Positions 7,368-17,651 of a stretch of DNA of 29,734 nt are shown in pieces. A program made the position numbers and the translations under genes. The DNA is from a virus. Its lineage: Duplodnaviria; Caudoviricetes. Within the stretch, counting starts at the first letter, position 1, and each line of letters begins with the position of its first letter. The stretch is from the IMG/VR virus record IMGVR_UViG_3300012667_000279, positions 1-29,734 of that record. One strand, 5' to 3'. A model generated the notes under the pieces. It was not told the DNA's origin and made no database searches. It saw only the letters and a list, made by a program, of their open reading frames with translations.

Positions 7368-7374
7368 TGCGTCT
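7368..7374 (+). promoter_or_regulatory. TGCGTCT motif (candidate late promoter)
   Basis: CTCCTAAA-N12-TGCGTCTTT; core ends 9 nt before ATG 7384. Confidence 0.45.
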
Positions 7375-7383
7375 TTGATATAT

Positions 7384-7857
7384 ATGGCAACAGCATCTTC
7401 ACTTTACACCTATAATGTCGTGGTAAGCAAGTTTCAGCAATTTGCAGAACAACACGCGTTAATAAGAAGGTTCACACACGGACAAATCGCACAGGCTGAC
7501 CTTGAAAAGGAAACGGAATATCCTTGGATGCACGTTACACCAACTGGAATAAGTTTCGACAAAGGACAACTTTCGTACACCTTTGATGTTTTCTTTGCTG
7601 ACCTTCCGAGAGATAAGGACGAAAAAACCGAATATCAAAAACAAGCTATTAGTGATTGCATATTGTTGGCTTCCGATTTCGTGAATATGCTTGAGTTAGG
7701 TCACATATTCGATGAATCGGTAGTATTGACTACACCAATAAGCGGAAGTCCTTTCGTTGAGGAATTTAGCCACGTTTTAACGGGTGTTCAATTATCTATT
7801 GAGTTAGCGGTTGACTATTTGTGGGATGCTTGTGATATTCCTTATATCGGAGACTAA
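7384..7857 (+). CDS. putative tail terminator / tail-completion protein
   Basis: 157 aa, acidic; YPWMHV and PFVEEFSHVLTG segments; located in the tail module. Confidence 0.5.
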   Translation: MATASSLYTYNVVVSKFQQFAEQHALIRRFTHGQIAQADLEKETEYPWMHVTPTGISFDKGQLSYTFDVFFADLPRDKDEKTEYQKQAISDCILLASDFVNMLELGHIFDESVVLTTPISGSPFVEEFSHVLTGVQLSIELAVDYLWDACDIPYIGD

Positions 7858-8759
7858 TGGCTAAAAAAGTTCAATATACAACCAATACACCAAGTTCAAC
7901 CACTGACTATTTAGCGGCTGACAATACTTGGAAGGCTATGACAGGTGGCGGTGGTGGTGTGCCTTATACAGGTGCGACTGCTGATGTTGATTTAGGAACT
8001 CATTCACTAACTGCGGACAGCATTGGAATAGGAACAACTGCAGGGTCTGAAAAGTTACACATAGACGGTGGAGCATCCACGACACGCGTTAAAATTGATG
8101 CGGATAATGGAGTAAGTAGAATTTTGTCATTTAGGACAGATGATGTACAACGTTGGGCATTGCGTGTGGATGGAACTGAATCGGGTTCAAATAGCGGTGC
8201 TGATTTTCAAGTTCGTAGGTATAACGATGCAGGTGCTCACATAGACAATCCAATAGCTATTAATCGCGCAACGGGCAACGTAACCACTAATACAATCAAT
8301 GGGGCAACTGCTACCGAAGTGAGTTATTTGAGTGGGGTTACAAGTGGTATTCAAGGACAACTTGATTCAAAGGTTAGCACCTCACAATCTCAATTCTTTA
8401 TTGTCGGGGCTGCAACTGGTTTAGGTGCAGGTTTAACGCGTTACGGAAACATAGCGGGGTCAACTGCTGAATCTCAAGTAAGATTGCCATTAGCTTCTGC
8501 TTGTACTATAAGCCATTTGTATGTTAGGACAACCGCGACAATGAACGCAAGTGCATCATTAGCGGTAACATTATTTAAGAATGGATCGTCAACCGCGTTA
8601 ACTTTAACCATCGCAGGGGGTTCGGTTGCGGGTACTTATTCCAATACCGCGAACTCGGTAACCTTTGCCGCAGGTGATGGTTGGACATTGCAATATGTAA
8701 ACGCAGGTAGCGCGACTGCTGCGGCAACTTCAGGACAATCAGTAAAGATAACCATATGA
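7857..8759 (+). CDS. putative tail fibre / receptor-binding protein
   Basis: G/T/S/A-rich; fibre-like modules VPYTGATADVDLG, IGIGT..EKLHI and EVSYLSGVTSGIQGQLDSK; beta-sandwich-like C-terminus. Confidence 0.6.
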   Translation: MAKKVQYTTNTPSSTTDYLAADNTWKAMTGGGGGVPYTGATADVDLGTHSLTADSIGIGTTAGSEKLHIDGGASTTRVKIDADNGVSRILSFRTDDVQRWALRVDGTESGSNSGADFQVRRYNDAGAHIDNPIAINRATGNVTTNTINGATATEVSYLSGVTSGIQGQLDSKVSTSQSQFFIVGAATGLGAGLTRYGNIAGSTAESQVRLPLASACTISHLYVRTTATMNASASLAVTLFKNGSSTALTLTIAGGSVAGTYSNTANSVTFAAGDGWTLQYVNAGSATAAATSGQSVKITI

Positions 8760-8953
8760 GATACGTAATAAATGAACTTGACGAAGGTGTGACAATGATA
8801 CACGTGTTAGAGCAAAATGTTTTCTTTGCGTGGGATGAAAGTGTTGAATACGATTCTTTTCGCGTTGCACTAAATGACAAAGGGATAGAAGCCTTTGTTG
8901 ATTTGCTTATTCAGGATGCCAACACCGCTTATACAACTTTCATAAATGGCTAA
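8756..8953 (+). CDS. small acidic protein, possible fibre-associated chaperone
   Basis: 65 aa; ATGA-coupled to the fibre gene. Confidence 0.5.
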   Translation: MRYVINELDEGVTMIHVLEQNVFFAWDESVEYDSFRVALNDKGIEAFVDLLIQDANTAYTTFING

Positions 8954-9551
8954 TAGTCCTTTAAATGATTTAATCAATCAGTTCGGTGCGGACGTTGTTG
9001 AGAAGGCAATGCAGAATCTCGGTGCATATCGTACCGTTAAAGGAAAGAAACGCAGGGCGGTTGCAAGTGACAACTTAAGAAAGTCATTAGGCTTTTATTA
9101 CAACTCAAAGAAAGGACTTCTTGAATTCTTCGCCAAAGGTCAACCTTCCAAATATGCCGACTTTGTAGAACAAGGGGTAAATGGTACGCGTGGGAATGTA
9201 GGTTCTCCTTATTCGTTTAAGAGTGGTGGAAGCGGTGGGCAGAAAGTTGATGGAATGGGTGTAATGCAAAAGGCTATTTACGATTGGATGTCAATTAAAG
9301 GCATTCGTCCACGTAATAAGAACGGAAGTTTCGCCACATTTAAAACACCAGAAGCCAAAGAGAATGCAAAAAAGGCAATGGCTTTTAATATCATGCGTTC
9401 AATCCGTAGGCGTGGAATACAACCATTGTTTTATTGGCGCGATGCTATCAATGATTTAGTGGATGTTTACGAACCACAATTTGCAGAGGCACTTGGTAAA
9501 GAAATTAAAATTGTAATTGAAGACAATTTACAAAAGAAAATAAAAGTATGA
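8946..9551 (+). CDS. putative neck / tail-completion protein (HK97 gp10-like)
   Basis: Basic; ASDNLRKSL, YADFVEQGV and RSIRRRGIQPLFYW motifs. Confidence 0.55.
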   Translation: MANSPLNDLINQFGADVVEKAMQNLGAYRTVKGKKRRAVASDNLRKSLGFYYNSKKGLLEFFAKGQPSKYADFVEQGVNGTRGNVGSPYSFKSGGSGGQKVDGMGVMQKAIYDWMSIKGIRPRNKNGSFATFKTPEAKENAKKAMAFNIMRSIRRRGIQPLFYWRDAINDLVDVYEPQFAEALGKEIKIVIEDNLQKKIKV

Positions 9552-11389
9552 TAACGACAAAAATAACAGGACTTTCGGCTCAGGGAAACGATGAGTTTAC
9601 AGGTCTTGCATATAGTAATAATGATGTGGCATTAACCGTGTCATCCGATAACGTTGCTGAAGATGGATTTAAGTATATCTTTGAGGTAGTAAATCCAATA
9701 GATGGAGCGGAATATAAGTTCTACGTTTCACCAAATGCCGCGTTGAATGGGGTGTTTAACTTAAAGACAATATTCAACCAACTCACACCAACACCAATGG
9801 TTTATAATACAACCGATGTATTGGTTCATATTAGCGCGCCATTGAAATCGGATGTGTTAAACGTAAATAATTTTAGAGTTCGTTGTTACGAAGGTTGGAA
9901 TATTGCAGGAGTATTTACCGAGGATGATAGTTTAATAATCAATTACCAACTAATGTGCGTGTATGGTAGTGGTAAACAGAACTTCATTGTAATGGGTACC
10001 AACGACACAAAGCCATTAGCATTATCACAAGCCTACGACAATTCACTTGGGTTTAATGATGGGTTAGTATCACAAGCAATTAACCTTCCTGCATCACTTC
10101 AAAGTGAGGTAATCAACTGGCAAAAGATATCAAGGTCAAATGTAGCAGGTCAAGAGGATAGCGCCTACCGAATCTTATCTTGGATTGCAGATGATTCAGC
10201 ATTTTTAAATGAGAACTATCCGTTCTTAACCATTGACAACTTTCTTTTTGAGTTGTATAATGAAAGCGGAACTATCATAAGTACGTTTAGCATTGCATTC
10301 GAATTAGGTAGTGCTACGTTGTACCATTTACCAACGGGATTAAAGAACCTTGTTAATGGTGGATATGTGGATCAATCAACTGCAGACAATACCGCTTATT
10401 GGACTTTGGTAGGTGTTGATGTAGATGACAACGAGATAACCGCAAAATATGGCTATTGGATTGAGAGTGATTGTAAGTACAATCCGGTACATTTGTATTG
10501 GCTCAATCAAATAGGCGGTTGGGATAGTTACTCTTTTATTAAGAAAAATGAGAGATCCATCGAAGTAGAAAAGAAACGATACAAGCAATATTTAGGCGAC
10601 TACAATAATGCGACAACGGATAACCCATTTAGCACCGAGGCTTTCTCACGTTCACTAACCGAGCGCGAACCTATCGTTAAAACCTTTTTGAACTTAAATT
10701 CAAATTGGCTTACCGAAAGTGAGTTCAAGTATATGAAGGACTTATTTAGGTCTAAATCCGTTTGGATGGTTGACGATAACGTAGATGGTTACTCGGTTGT
10801 TCCTGTTGTAGTTGAAGATAACAACTACTTAATGCGTAGAGAAAGAAATTCACGCAAGTATAACCAAACATTGCGCCTTCAAATTGCAAACGATAACGAA
10901 ACGTTGAACATTGAGAATACACCTTTCCCGATTCCTTCACCTGTGGCTTGTAGTTATTACACCACATTCGGCTTAATTACGGGTTCTTCTCCGTTGTCTT
11001 TGGGTGCAAATTTTGGTAATGCTGCAAACATTGTTGTAACAAATGCCACAAGCGGAAGGTACATTCAAGTTAGTGTTTTAAACTCATTGTCCGAAACACC
11101 GATTGCAGGGGAAACTTACTACGTGCGCGTAGATTACACCTTTAATTGTCCATCTAACTTTGTTAGCGCAGGACGAATAGCACTTGGTGACCAACTTACA
11201 GGTGGTGGATCAACTACAAGTTTAAATGGATTGCAATCTTTTGGAACTCCAATAATCGCGACTGGTGTTTGGGGTACACACACGACAACTTCAAACAACT
11301 ACTTTAGATTGACACTTCCGACTTGGTCGGGTGGTGCAACGGTAACGGGTAATATTTATGTAACGGTTGGTTTTGGTAATTGTCCTTAA
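9548..11389 (+). CDS. tail structural protein (distal-tail/baseplate-like) with C-terminal extension
   Basis: 613 aa; LYWLNQIGGWDSYSF and LNSNWLTESE segments; T/S/G-rich C-terminal region of about 150 aa. Confidence 0.6.
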   Translation: MITTKITGLSAQGNDEFTGLAYSNNDVALTVSSDNVAEDGFKYIFEVVNPIDGAEYKFYVSPNAALNGVFNLKTIFNQLTPTPMVYNTTDVLVHISAPLKSDVLNVNNFRVRCYEGWNIAGVFTEDDSLIINYQLMCVYGSGKQNFIVMGTNDTKPLALSQAYDNSLGFNDGLVSQAINLPASLQSEVINWQKISRSNVAGQEDSAYRILSWIADDSAFLNENYPFLTIDNFLFELYNESGTIISTFSIAFELGSATLYHLPTGLKNLVNGGYVDQSTADNTAYWTLVGVDVDDNEITAKYGYWIESDCKYNPVHLYWLNQIGGWDSYSFIKKNERSIEVEKKRYKQYLGDYNNATTDNPFSTEAFSRSLTEREPIVKTFLNLNSNWLTESEFKYMKDLFRSKSVWMVDDNVDGYSVVPVVVEDNNYLMRRERNSRKYNQTLRLQIANDNETLNIENTPFPIPSPVACSYYTTFGLITGSSPLSLGANFGNAANIVVTNATSGRYIQVSVLNSLSETPIAGETYYVRVDYTFNCPSNFVSAGRIALGDQLTGGGSTTSLNGLQSFGTPIIATGVWGTHTTTSNNYFRLTLPTWSGGATVTGNIYVTVGFGNCP

Positions 11390-11398
11390 TAGCAACAA

Positions 11399-14380
11399 AT
11401 GGAAACAGCACTTATAATTTATAGTCAAGGCGACAATGTACCAACATTAGTTGACCTTTATGAAAACGAGACGATTGCACTACAATTCAACTTTAGTGAT
11501 ATCAAAGATTTGAAACCGCGTGGATCCTATTCACGTACTTTTCGCATTCCTGCGAGTGAAACTAACAGCAAGATATTTGGGTTCATTCAGGAAAACACTT
11601 ACCAATTCGCATCGTTTAATCCCAAGCGAAAACTGAACGCAATTATCACGGTTGACACAATTCCTATCTTGGAGGGTAACTGCCAATTCAAGGCTTGTTA
11701 TACTTCTAACGGTGAGGTGAGCGAGTATGAGATTGTGTTCTTTGGTAACGTGGTTGACTTCTTTAAGAACATTGGCGACAATGATTTCAAAGGTTATATT
11801 TCAACACAACTTCAAACGGACTACAACTACGTTGTTGAATATGACAGTATCGCAACCTTTAATGCTGAAACGGATATTTACTTAAGTCTAACCGATAGGG
11901 GGCAAAATTGGGTTAACAATGTTGAAGGTGGAAGGTCAATAAATACGTTGAATGTAAATAGAGTTGCAAAGGCTGCGGAACTTACACCATTTGTATCAGC
12001 TCGGTATATCTTCGATAAGATTATTGATTTAAGTGGTTTCCAACTTGGAGATAACTCGGCTACACTAACTGATGAACTTGACTTTATGTATGTTCCGTGG
12101 ATAAGTGAATCCGCACAAATACAACAAGTTGGTGGTAATCCTGAAACTGCAAAGTTTTTATTGAATGGATATACAGGTAGTTCAAGTATTACAAGTGGTG
12201 ACTTTGCGGATGAACTTTTTTATAATGCTATCAATTACAAGGTAGCACATTTACCCGCGTTAAATGAAGCGCAAGACCCAGGCGGAAACGTTGCAGGAAA
12301 CGTGTATACAGTACCTTTCAATGGTTACTTCCAAATTACTGCATCGATTGAATTAGAAGTTATACCCGCTTCGGTTGGTGACTTTTATGCCAACGGTTTA
12401 ACACTTGGATTTGTACGCACATTCCCGACAGGTGAAAAAGAATTGTTGTTAAATATGGGGTTTGTATTATGTTACACTTATGGCTCAAGCGCGAATCTTG
12501 TTCCGTTGGTAAATACACCAATTTCAACCAACACGGGTAATGCTACGCAGTTTTTAAATGAGGGTGACACAATCGAGGTTATATTATGGGGTGATGATGG
12601 AATAGTTACATCATTAAACAACTTTCAGGGTGACTTCCAAATAAATGAAATTGTATTTCAATGCCAAGAAATTAGTAAGCCATTATACGGAAACGTAATT
12701 GATTGGAGTGCGAATGCACCAATTATGAAATGTAGTGAGTTCATTGATTCGCTTTTCAAAATGTATAACTTGGTGGTTGTTCCTAACAAGGTGAACCAAA
12801 AGATTATTGATTTAATACCATTCACCGAGTATATCTCGCAAGGTGTTTCCAAAGATTGGACTACATTACTTGACATTAGTAAGGACATAACACTAACCGC
12901 AACAACTGATTATCAAGCGCGTAAAAATACGTGGACTTATAAGTCAAGTTCCGACCTATTCAACAACGTTTACAACACGCAAGGTAATCGCGTTTATGGT
13001 AGGTTGGAATTAATTGATCCACAAAACGACTTTGCAACTGAAGAACAAAAGATTGAAGTTCATTTTGGCTCAACTCCTATCGTTCCTGTGAATGGTACTA
13101 CATATGCCATCCCTAAATTCGTAAACGACCAGTATAGTTACACCGCACCTAATCCACGTATCTTGTATAAGACAGGAGAAACGATGAAGTTTAACGTGTA
13201 CAATGATACAACAAGTGGTATAAACCAAGTTACCGCGTTTATGTTCAGTCATTACTCGGACTTTGTACCTACTATTACTTCACGCGATTTAAACTTTGGT
13301 CAGGAAACACCATTGTGTCTTGTTAGTTCAATACCCTACAAAACACTTTACGCGCGTTATTGGAACGAATATATCGAAAATATTTACGCACCTGATGCGC
13401 GTGTATTAGAGGCTTTCTTTTCGCTTGAATTTGCGGACATTTATAACTTCAATTTCAATGATAAGATATTCATTAAAGATTCTTATTGGAGAATCTTGTC
13501 GATTAGTGACTACGTTGTAGGCACACAAGACACGGTAAAGGTTACTTTGATTAAACAAGTAACTGCAACTCCCGATTGTCTTTTAACACCAACAGGTATT
13601 AGCGAATTTGGAGCGGTTTTATTTGAGGATGTAGATGGTAATCCTGCGGATGCTACTGAAGTTTGTTGCGATGTCTTTAATTACAACTGGATTGATGGCG
13701 GTTGTTATGCATTTAGTCGCGATTCCGATGGTACTGGTAAGCCGAAAAGTTTACAATTAAGTACCGAAAGAATTTTGAGTTACGATTCAAACGAGAAAAG
13801 CGCACTTGTTGTATCTGATAACAACTTTGTTGGGGTAGGTAATAGCAACTCAATTATAATAGGTAGTAATAACCGCGTTAACGATGGATTCAATTCCGTA
13901 TTTGTTATGGGTTCAAATGCCAATGTAATTAACGGAGGTGCAACCATTGGAAGCAATGGAGTTTATCAGGGTGAAATGCAAAACGGATTGATTCCTGTAT
14001 GGGGAAAAGGTGACTTTACCAACGATACAACAGCAATTACTTTGTTGGCTTATGGTTCAACTTATATCAATATGCCAGATGATTCTGTTTGGTTGGTCAA
14101 ATTGCGTTTGATGGTTGGGCAAGTTGGTGCGGTAATAGATGCATCAGTAAGCGGTGAATACAACTTACACGTTGTTCAAAGTGGCGGTGTCTTATCTCTT
14201 AAGAACGTGACCACAATAGACGAAACTGCTATTGACATAGATGGCAACTTTGTAATTGATTTGGATATTGTAGGTAGTACATTCGCCATTACGGTAACAT
14301 TAGACAACTCAACTGCTTATCCCTACAATGTCATCAATATAAGCGGACAATTAACTTACACACAATATCACTATGAATAA
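11399..14380 (+). CDS. large tail-tip / hub protein
   Basis: 993 aa; N-terminal VDLYENETI...SYSRTFRIPA; beta-helix-like repeats (SIIIGSNNRV) near the C-terminus. Confidence 0.65.
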   Translation: METALIIYSQGDNVPTLVDLYENETIALQFNFSDIKDLKPRGSYSRTFRIPASETNSKIFGFIQENTYQFASFNPKRKLNAIITVDTIPILEGNCQFKACYTSNGEVSEYEIVFFGNVVDFFKNIGDNDFKGYISTQLQTDYNYVVEYDSIATFNAETDIYLSLTDRGQNWVNNVEGGRSINTLNVNRVAKAAELTPFVSARYIFDKIIDLSGFQLGDNSATLTDELDFMYVPWISESAQIQQVGGNPETAKFLLNGYTGSSSITSGDFADELFYNAINYKVAHLPALNEAQDPGGNVAGNVYTVPFNGYFQITASIELEVIPASVGDFYANGLTLGFVRTFPTGEKELLLNMGFVLCYTYGSSANLVPLVNTPISTNTGNATQFLNEGDTIEVILWGDDGIVTSLNNFQGDFQINEIVFQCQEISKPLYGNVIDWSANAPIMKCSEFIDSLFKMYNLVVVPNKVNQKIIDLIPFTEYISQGVSKDWTTLLDISKDITLTATTDYQARKNTWTYKSSSDLFNNVYNTQGNRVYGRLELIDPQNDFATEEQKIEVHFGSTPIVPVNGTTYAIPKFVNDQYSYTAPNPRILYKTGETMKFNVYNDTTSGINQVTAFMFSHYSDFVPTITSRDLNFGQETPLCLVSSIPYKTLYARYWNEYIENIYAPDARVLEAFFSLEFADIYNFNFNDKIFIKDSYWRILSISDYVVGTQDTVKVTLIKQVTATPDCLLTPTGISEFGAVLFEDVDGNPADATEVCCDVFNYNWIDGGCYAFSRDSDGTGKPKSLQLSTERILSYDSNEKSALVVSDNNFVGVGNSNSIIIGSNNRVNDGFNSVFVMGSNANVINGGATIGSNGVYQGEMQNGLIPVWGKGDFTNDTTAITLLAYGSTYINMPDDSVWLVKLRLMVGQVGAVIDASVSGEYNLHVVQSGGVLSLKNVTTIDETAIDIDGNFVIDLDIVGSTFAITVTLDNSTAYPYNVINISGQLTYTQYHYE

Positions 14381-14549
14381 CCCACACGACACATTTAAAA
14401 ACATTAAAGAAATGTTGAAACATGGAATAGGTAAAGACCTACCGAGCAAAGAAAATAAGTTGTCAATTTTTACAACTAACCTCATAAATTTCGTGATTTC
14501 TGCGTCTTTAATTATAGGCATCATTTACCTCATTAAATTGTTATTCTAA
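14373..14549 (+). CDS. small membrane protein (58 aa, not in ORF track)
   Basis: MNNPHDTFKNIKEMLKHG...LINFVISASLIIGIIYLIKLLF*; TAATG overlap with the tape measure gene. Confidence 0.6.
   Translation: MNNPHDTFKNIKEMLKHGIGKDLPSKENKLSIFTTNLINFVISASLIIGIIYLIKLLF
14501..14507 (+). promoter_or_regulatory. TGCGTCT motif (candidate late promoter)
   Basis: CTCATAAA-N12-TGCGTCTTT; core ends 41 nt before the tape measure ATG. Confidence 0.35.
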
Positions 14550-16273
14550 TGGCTACGCAAAAGACAGTTGTCGAAATTGATATACAAGGAACGGAACGCG
14601 TTGAATCAATGCGTTCTCAAATGCGTAGGTTACGCGAAGAGTTAGCGCGACTTCCTGAAGGCTCTGCAGAGTTTCAAAAAGTACAAAGAGAATTAGGAGG
14701 TTTAAAAGACAAAATGGATGACCTAGGTAGGTCGGTTAATACTTTGTCGGGTGATCCGTTAGAAAGATTAAATACATCATTTAGTACAATAGGTAGTTCA
14801 TTGATGTCTTTGGATTTCGGTGCTGCAGTTCAAGGTCTTGACGGTATGGCTTCAGCGGTTAAAGATATCAAAATGGATGATATCGTTGGTGGCATTCAAT
14901 CATTAGGAACTGCATTCGTAAATCTTGGTAAGTCACTACTTACAAATCCTATATTTTTAGTCGCGGCGACATTAACCGCAGTTGGTTTAGCATTGTACGA
15001 GTATGGTCAAACAATGCCTTTTGTAACGGATGAAACAAAGAAACTTGCACAAGCTACACACGATGCAACTGCTGAAAGCGAAAAGGCATTAAAGGCATTT
15101 GATTTAGAGGAAAGAAAGTTACGCGCGTTGGGTGCTGCAGAACAAGACATCATCAAAATAAGAAAGCAAAAGACAAAGGAAACTTTAAAGGCATCCGTTG
15201 AAGAATTAAAAGCCCAACAAAAGCAATTAGAGGAATTACAAAAGTCAGCAGATGCAAGTCAAAAAAGAATAGCCAGTACCGTTATGGGTGGGGGTATGGT
15301 TACCCTTATGCAAACAGGTATTGAAAAACTTGGACAAGCGTTTGGAATGGTTGCGAGTGATGAACAAGTAGCAGACCAAACTAAAAACATTGATGACTTA
15401 AAAAACAAAATAGCAGAGTATGAAGTTCAAATTTTAGAACTTGACAAGAAAGAAAAAGACATTGTTCAACAAAAACAAGAAAGACAAAGCGCACAAGCAA
15501 AACAAGAAGAAAAACAATTAATAGATAGGAAAAAAGCATTAGAAGATTTCAATAAAGACCAAGAAGCTGCTGATGCTGAATTTGCAGAACAAACTGCAAA
15601 AACTGCTGCTGAAAATGTAGATAAATCAAATGCAGATGCTGTTGAGTCATATAGGAAATCTTTAGAAGATAAATCAGCATACACAGACGAATACACTAAA
15701 CTTCAAGCGCAAATAACGTTAGATAATGCAGATAAATTAGCGCAAGAATTATTAGATGGTGAAAAGGCTTTTCAAGATGCAAAATATGGAATTGCCGCAA
15801 ATACAATAGGCGGTTTAATGGATTTGAATAGCGCGTTAGTTGATAGCGGTTTAATTGAAGCAAAGAAAGGATTTCAAATTGCCAAGACTTTAGGTATTGC
15901 TCAAACTATTATGTCAACTATTGAGGGTGCACAAAATTCATTTAAAACAGCAGCGGGAAGCCCTATTGCTAAAGTGTTTCCTGCTTATCCATTTATACAA
16001 GCGGGTATAGCAACCGCAGCAGGTTTGGCAAAAGTTGCATCTATTAGAGCGCAAAAATTCAATGGTGGACCAAGTCCATCCACAAGTTCGGGTGGTGGCG
16101 GTGGTGGTGGTTCAATGGGTGGTAGCACTTCAGCCCCTTCTGTTGACCTATCATTTTTAAATCAAGGTAGTAATAAAGCACAACCTTTACAAGCCTACGT
16201 ATTAGCTACAAATGTTAGTTCGGCTCAAGAAGCGGAACAAAAAATAAAAGACCAATCAAAAATAATAAAGTAA
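14549..16273 (+). CDS. tape measure protein
   Basis: 574 aa, helical/coiled-coil; hydrophobic LTNPIFLVAATL segment; Ala/Gly-rich C-terminus. Confidence 0.8.
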   Translation: MATQKTVVEIDIQGTERVESMRSQMRRLREELARLPEGSAEFQKVQRELGGLKDKMDDLGRSVNTLSGDPLERLNTSFSTIGSSLMSLDFGAAVQGLDGMASAVKDIKMDDIVGGIQSLGTAFVNLGKSLLTNPIFLVAATLTAVGLALYEYGQTMPFVTDETKKLAQATHDATAESEKALKAFDLEERKLRALGAAEQDIIKIRKQKTKETLKASVEELKAQQKQLEELQKSADASQKRIASTVMGGGMVTLMQTGIEKLGQAFGMVASDEQVADQTKNIDDLKNKIAEYEVQILELDKKEKDIVQQKQERQSAQAKQEEKQLIDRKKALEDFNKDQEAADAEFAEQTAKTAAENVDKSNADAVESYRKSLEDKSAYTDEYTKLQAQITLDNADKLAQELLDGEKAFQDAKYGIAANTIGGLMDLNSALVDSGLIEAKKGFQIAKTLGIAQTIMSTIEGAQNSFKTAAGSPIAKVFPAYPFIQAGIATAAGLAKVASIRAQKFNGGPSPSTSSGGGGGGGSMGGSTSAPSVDLSFLNQGSNKAQPLQAYVLATNVSSAQEAEQKIKDQSKIIK

Positions 16274-16275
16274 AA

Positions 16276-16863
16276 ATGGAAGAAGTAAAAGTAATCGAAT
16301 ACACAATAGATGACAGCGGTTATCTTGGAGTAAACGCAATCTCATTAGTAGAAAATCCTGCAATCGAAGTTGACTTTGTTGCGTTATCAAAGACATCAAT
16401 AAAACAAGCGGCAATAGAGGAAGGTGAACGCAAGATGTTGTACGGTGCGGTGATGATTCCCGACCAACTTATCTACCGCGTTAATGGTGCGGGTGAGGCT
16501 TACTATTGCAAATACTCAAAGGACACAATTAACAAGATAGCGCAAGAGTATCTTAAGCGCAATATGCACCACAATTCTAACCTTGAGCATCAAGTTCCTG
16601 TAGCAGGTTGTGTTGTAGTTGAATCGTGGATCAAAGAAGGCGAACACGATAAGAGCCAAAACTTTGGTTTCTCCTTTCCCGATGGAACGTGGTGCATAGG
16701 AATGAAAGTAGACAATGACGAAGTGTGGAGTGACATCAAACAAGGAAGTGTTAAAGGGTTTTCGCTTGAAGGTTTCTTTACTGAAATGAGTGAGGAATAT
16801 TTAGCCGAACAAGAGATTGAGAAAATTATGAAGGCATTAGCCGACGAATTGAGCGCGTTGTAA
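16276..16863 (+). CDS. prohead serine protease (XkdF-like)
   Basis: AISLVENPAIE, NLEH, VVESWI, GTW and VKGFSLEG motifs; lies upstream of scaffold and capsid genes. Confidence 0.8.
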   Translation: MEEVKVIEYTIDDSGYLGVNAISLVENPAIEVDFVALSKTSIKQAAIEEGERKMLYGAVMIPDQLIYRVNGAGEAYYCKYSKDTINKIAQEYLKRNMHHNSNLEHQVPVAGCVVVESWIKEGEHDKSQNFGFSFPDGTWCIGMKVDNDEVWSDIKQGSVKGFSLEGFFTEMSEEYLAEQEIEKIMKALADELSAL

Positions 16864-16905
16864 TAGATTACACCAGTGCAGGTGTATTGTTTACCCGACA
16901 AACAA

Positions 16906-16935
16906 AGAACCCCCTACGTTTAGGGGGTTTCTTCG
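16906..16935. terminator. intrinsic terminator, probably bidirectional
   Basis: AACCCCCTA-cgtt-TAGGGGGTT stem with a T-rich tail on both strands. Confidence 0.75.
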
Positions 16936-17015
16936 TTGAACTTAAAAACAATTAGAAAAATGAACAAACATTACCCGAATGGGATGACACAAAAGTAAAA
17001 ACAAATTTGAGTTTA

Positions 17016-17022
17016 TGCGTCT
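17016..17022 (+). promoter_or_regulatory. TGCGTCT motif (candidate late promoter for scaffold/capsid)
   Basis: Intergenic, after the terminator; core ends 25 nt before ATG 17048. Confidence 0.5.
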
Positions 17023-17047
17023 ATTATACAAAGTAATTATCAACACT

Positions 17048-17647
17048 ATGAGTAAAGTTAACGAAATCGTTTCCAAGTACGCAGAGAAACTAAAGTCCTT
17101 TGGGGTTAGTTTGTCAGCAGTTGAGGAAGCGGTAGAGCAAAAACAAATGGCTATGGCTGTACTCGCTGATGGTACTGAAGTTTATTCCCCTGATGCTGAA
17201 TTTGGTATTGGTTCGGAAATCTTTGTTATGGATGCAGAAGGAAATCCTATGCCTGCGCCCGATGGAGAACACGAAACCGCTGAAGGTAAAATCTTGGTTG
17301 TAACAGAAGGCAAAATCAGCGAAGTAAAAGAAAAGCCTATGGAAGAAGAACCAAAGGTTGAAGTTGAAATCGAAGAAGTTGAGCAATCATCTTTCGATGG
17401 AGTTTCACGCGAAGAGTTCGAAAACACTATCAACAAATTGATTGAAGGCTTTGAGGCTAAAATCAATGCGTTGAATGCTGAAAAGCAAAATCTATCTGCA
17501 ACAATCGAGAAGATGTCTAAAGCACCTGCTACAGAAAGTGTGAAGAAGGCTTCTCCAGTTGCACAAAAACAAAGCGCAAACGAAGTTCCATTTAGAGCAA
17601 TGGATGCAAGAAGTCGCGCATATCAATTAATTAATTCTAAAAAATAA
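17048..17647 (+). CDS. capsid scaffolding protein
   Basis: Acidic; PAPDGEHETAEG segment and coiled coil; directly upstream of the capsid gene; likely start MSKVNE. Confidence 0.7.
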   Translation: MSKVNEIVSKYAEKLKSFGVSLSAVEEAVEQKQMAMAVLADGTEVYSPDAEFGIGSEIFVMDAEGNPMPAPDGEHETAEGKILVVTEGKISEVKEKPMEEEPKVEVEIEEVEQSSFDGVSREEFENTINKLIEGFEAKINALNAEKQNLSATIEKMSKAPATESVKKASPVAQKQSANEVPFRAMDARSRAYQLINSKK

Positions 17648-17651
17648 AAAA

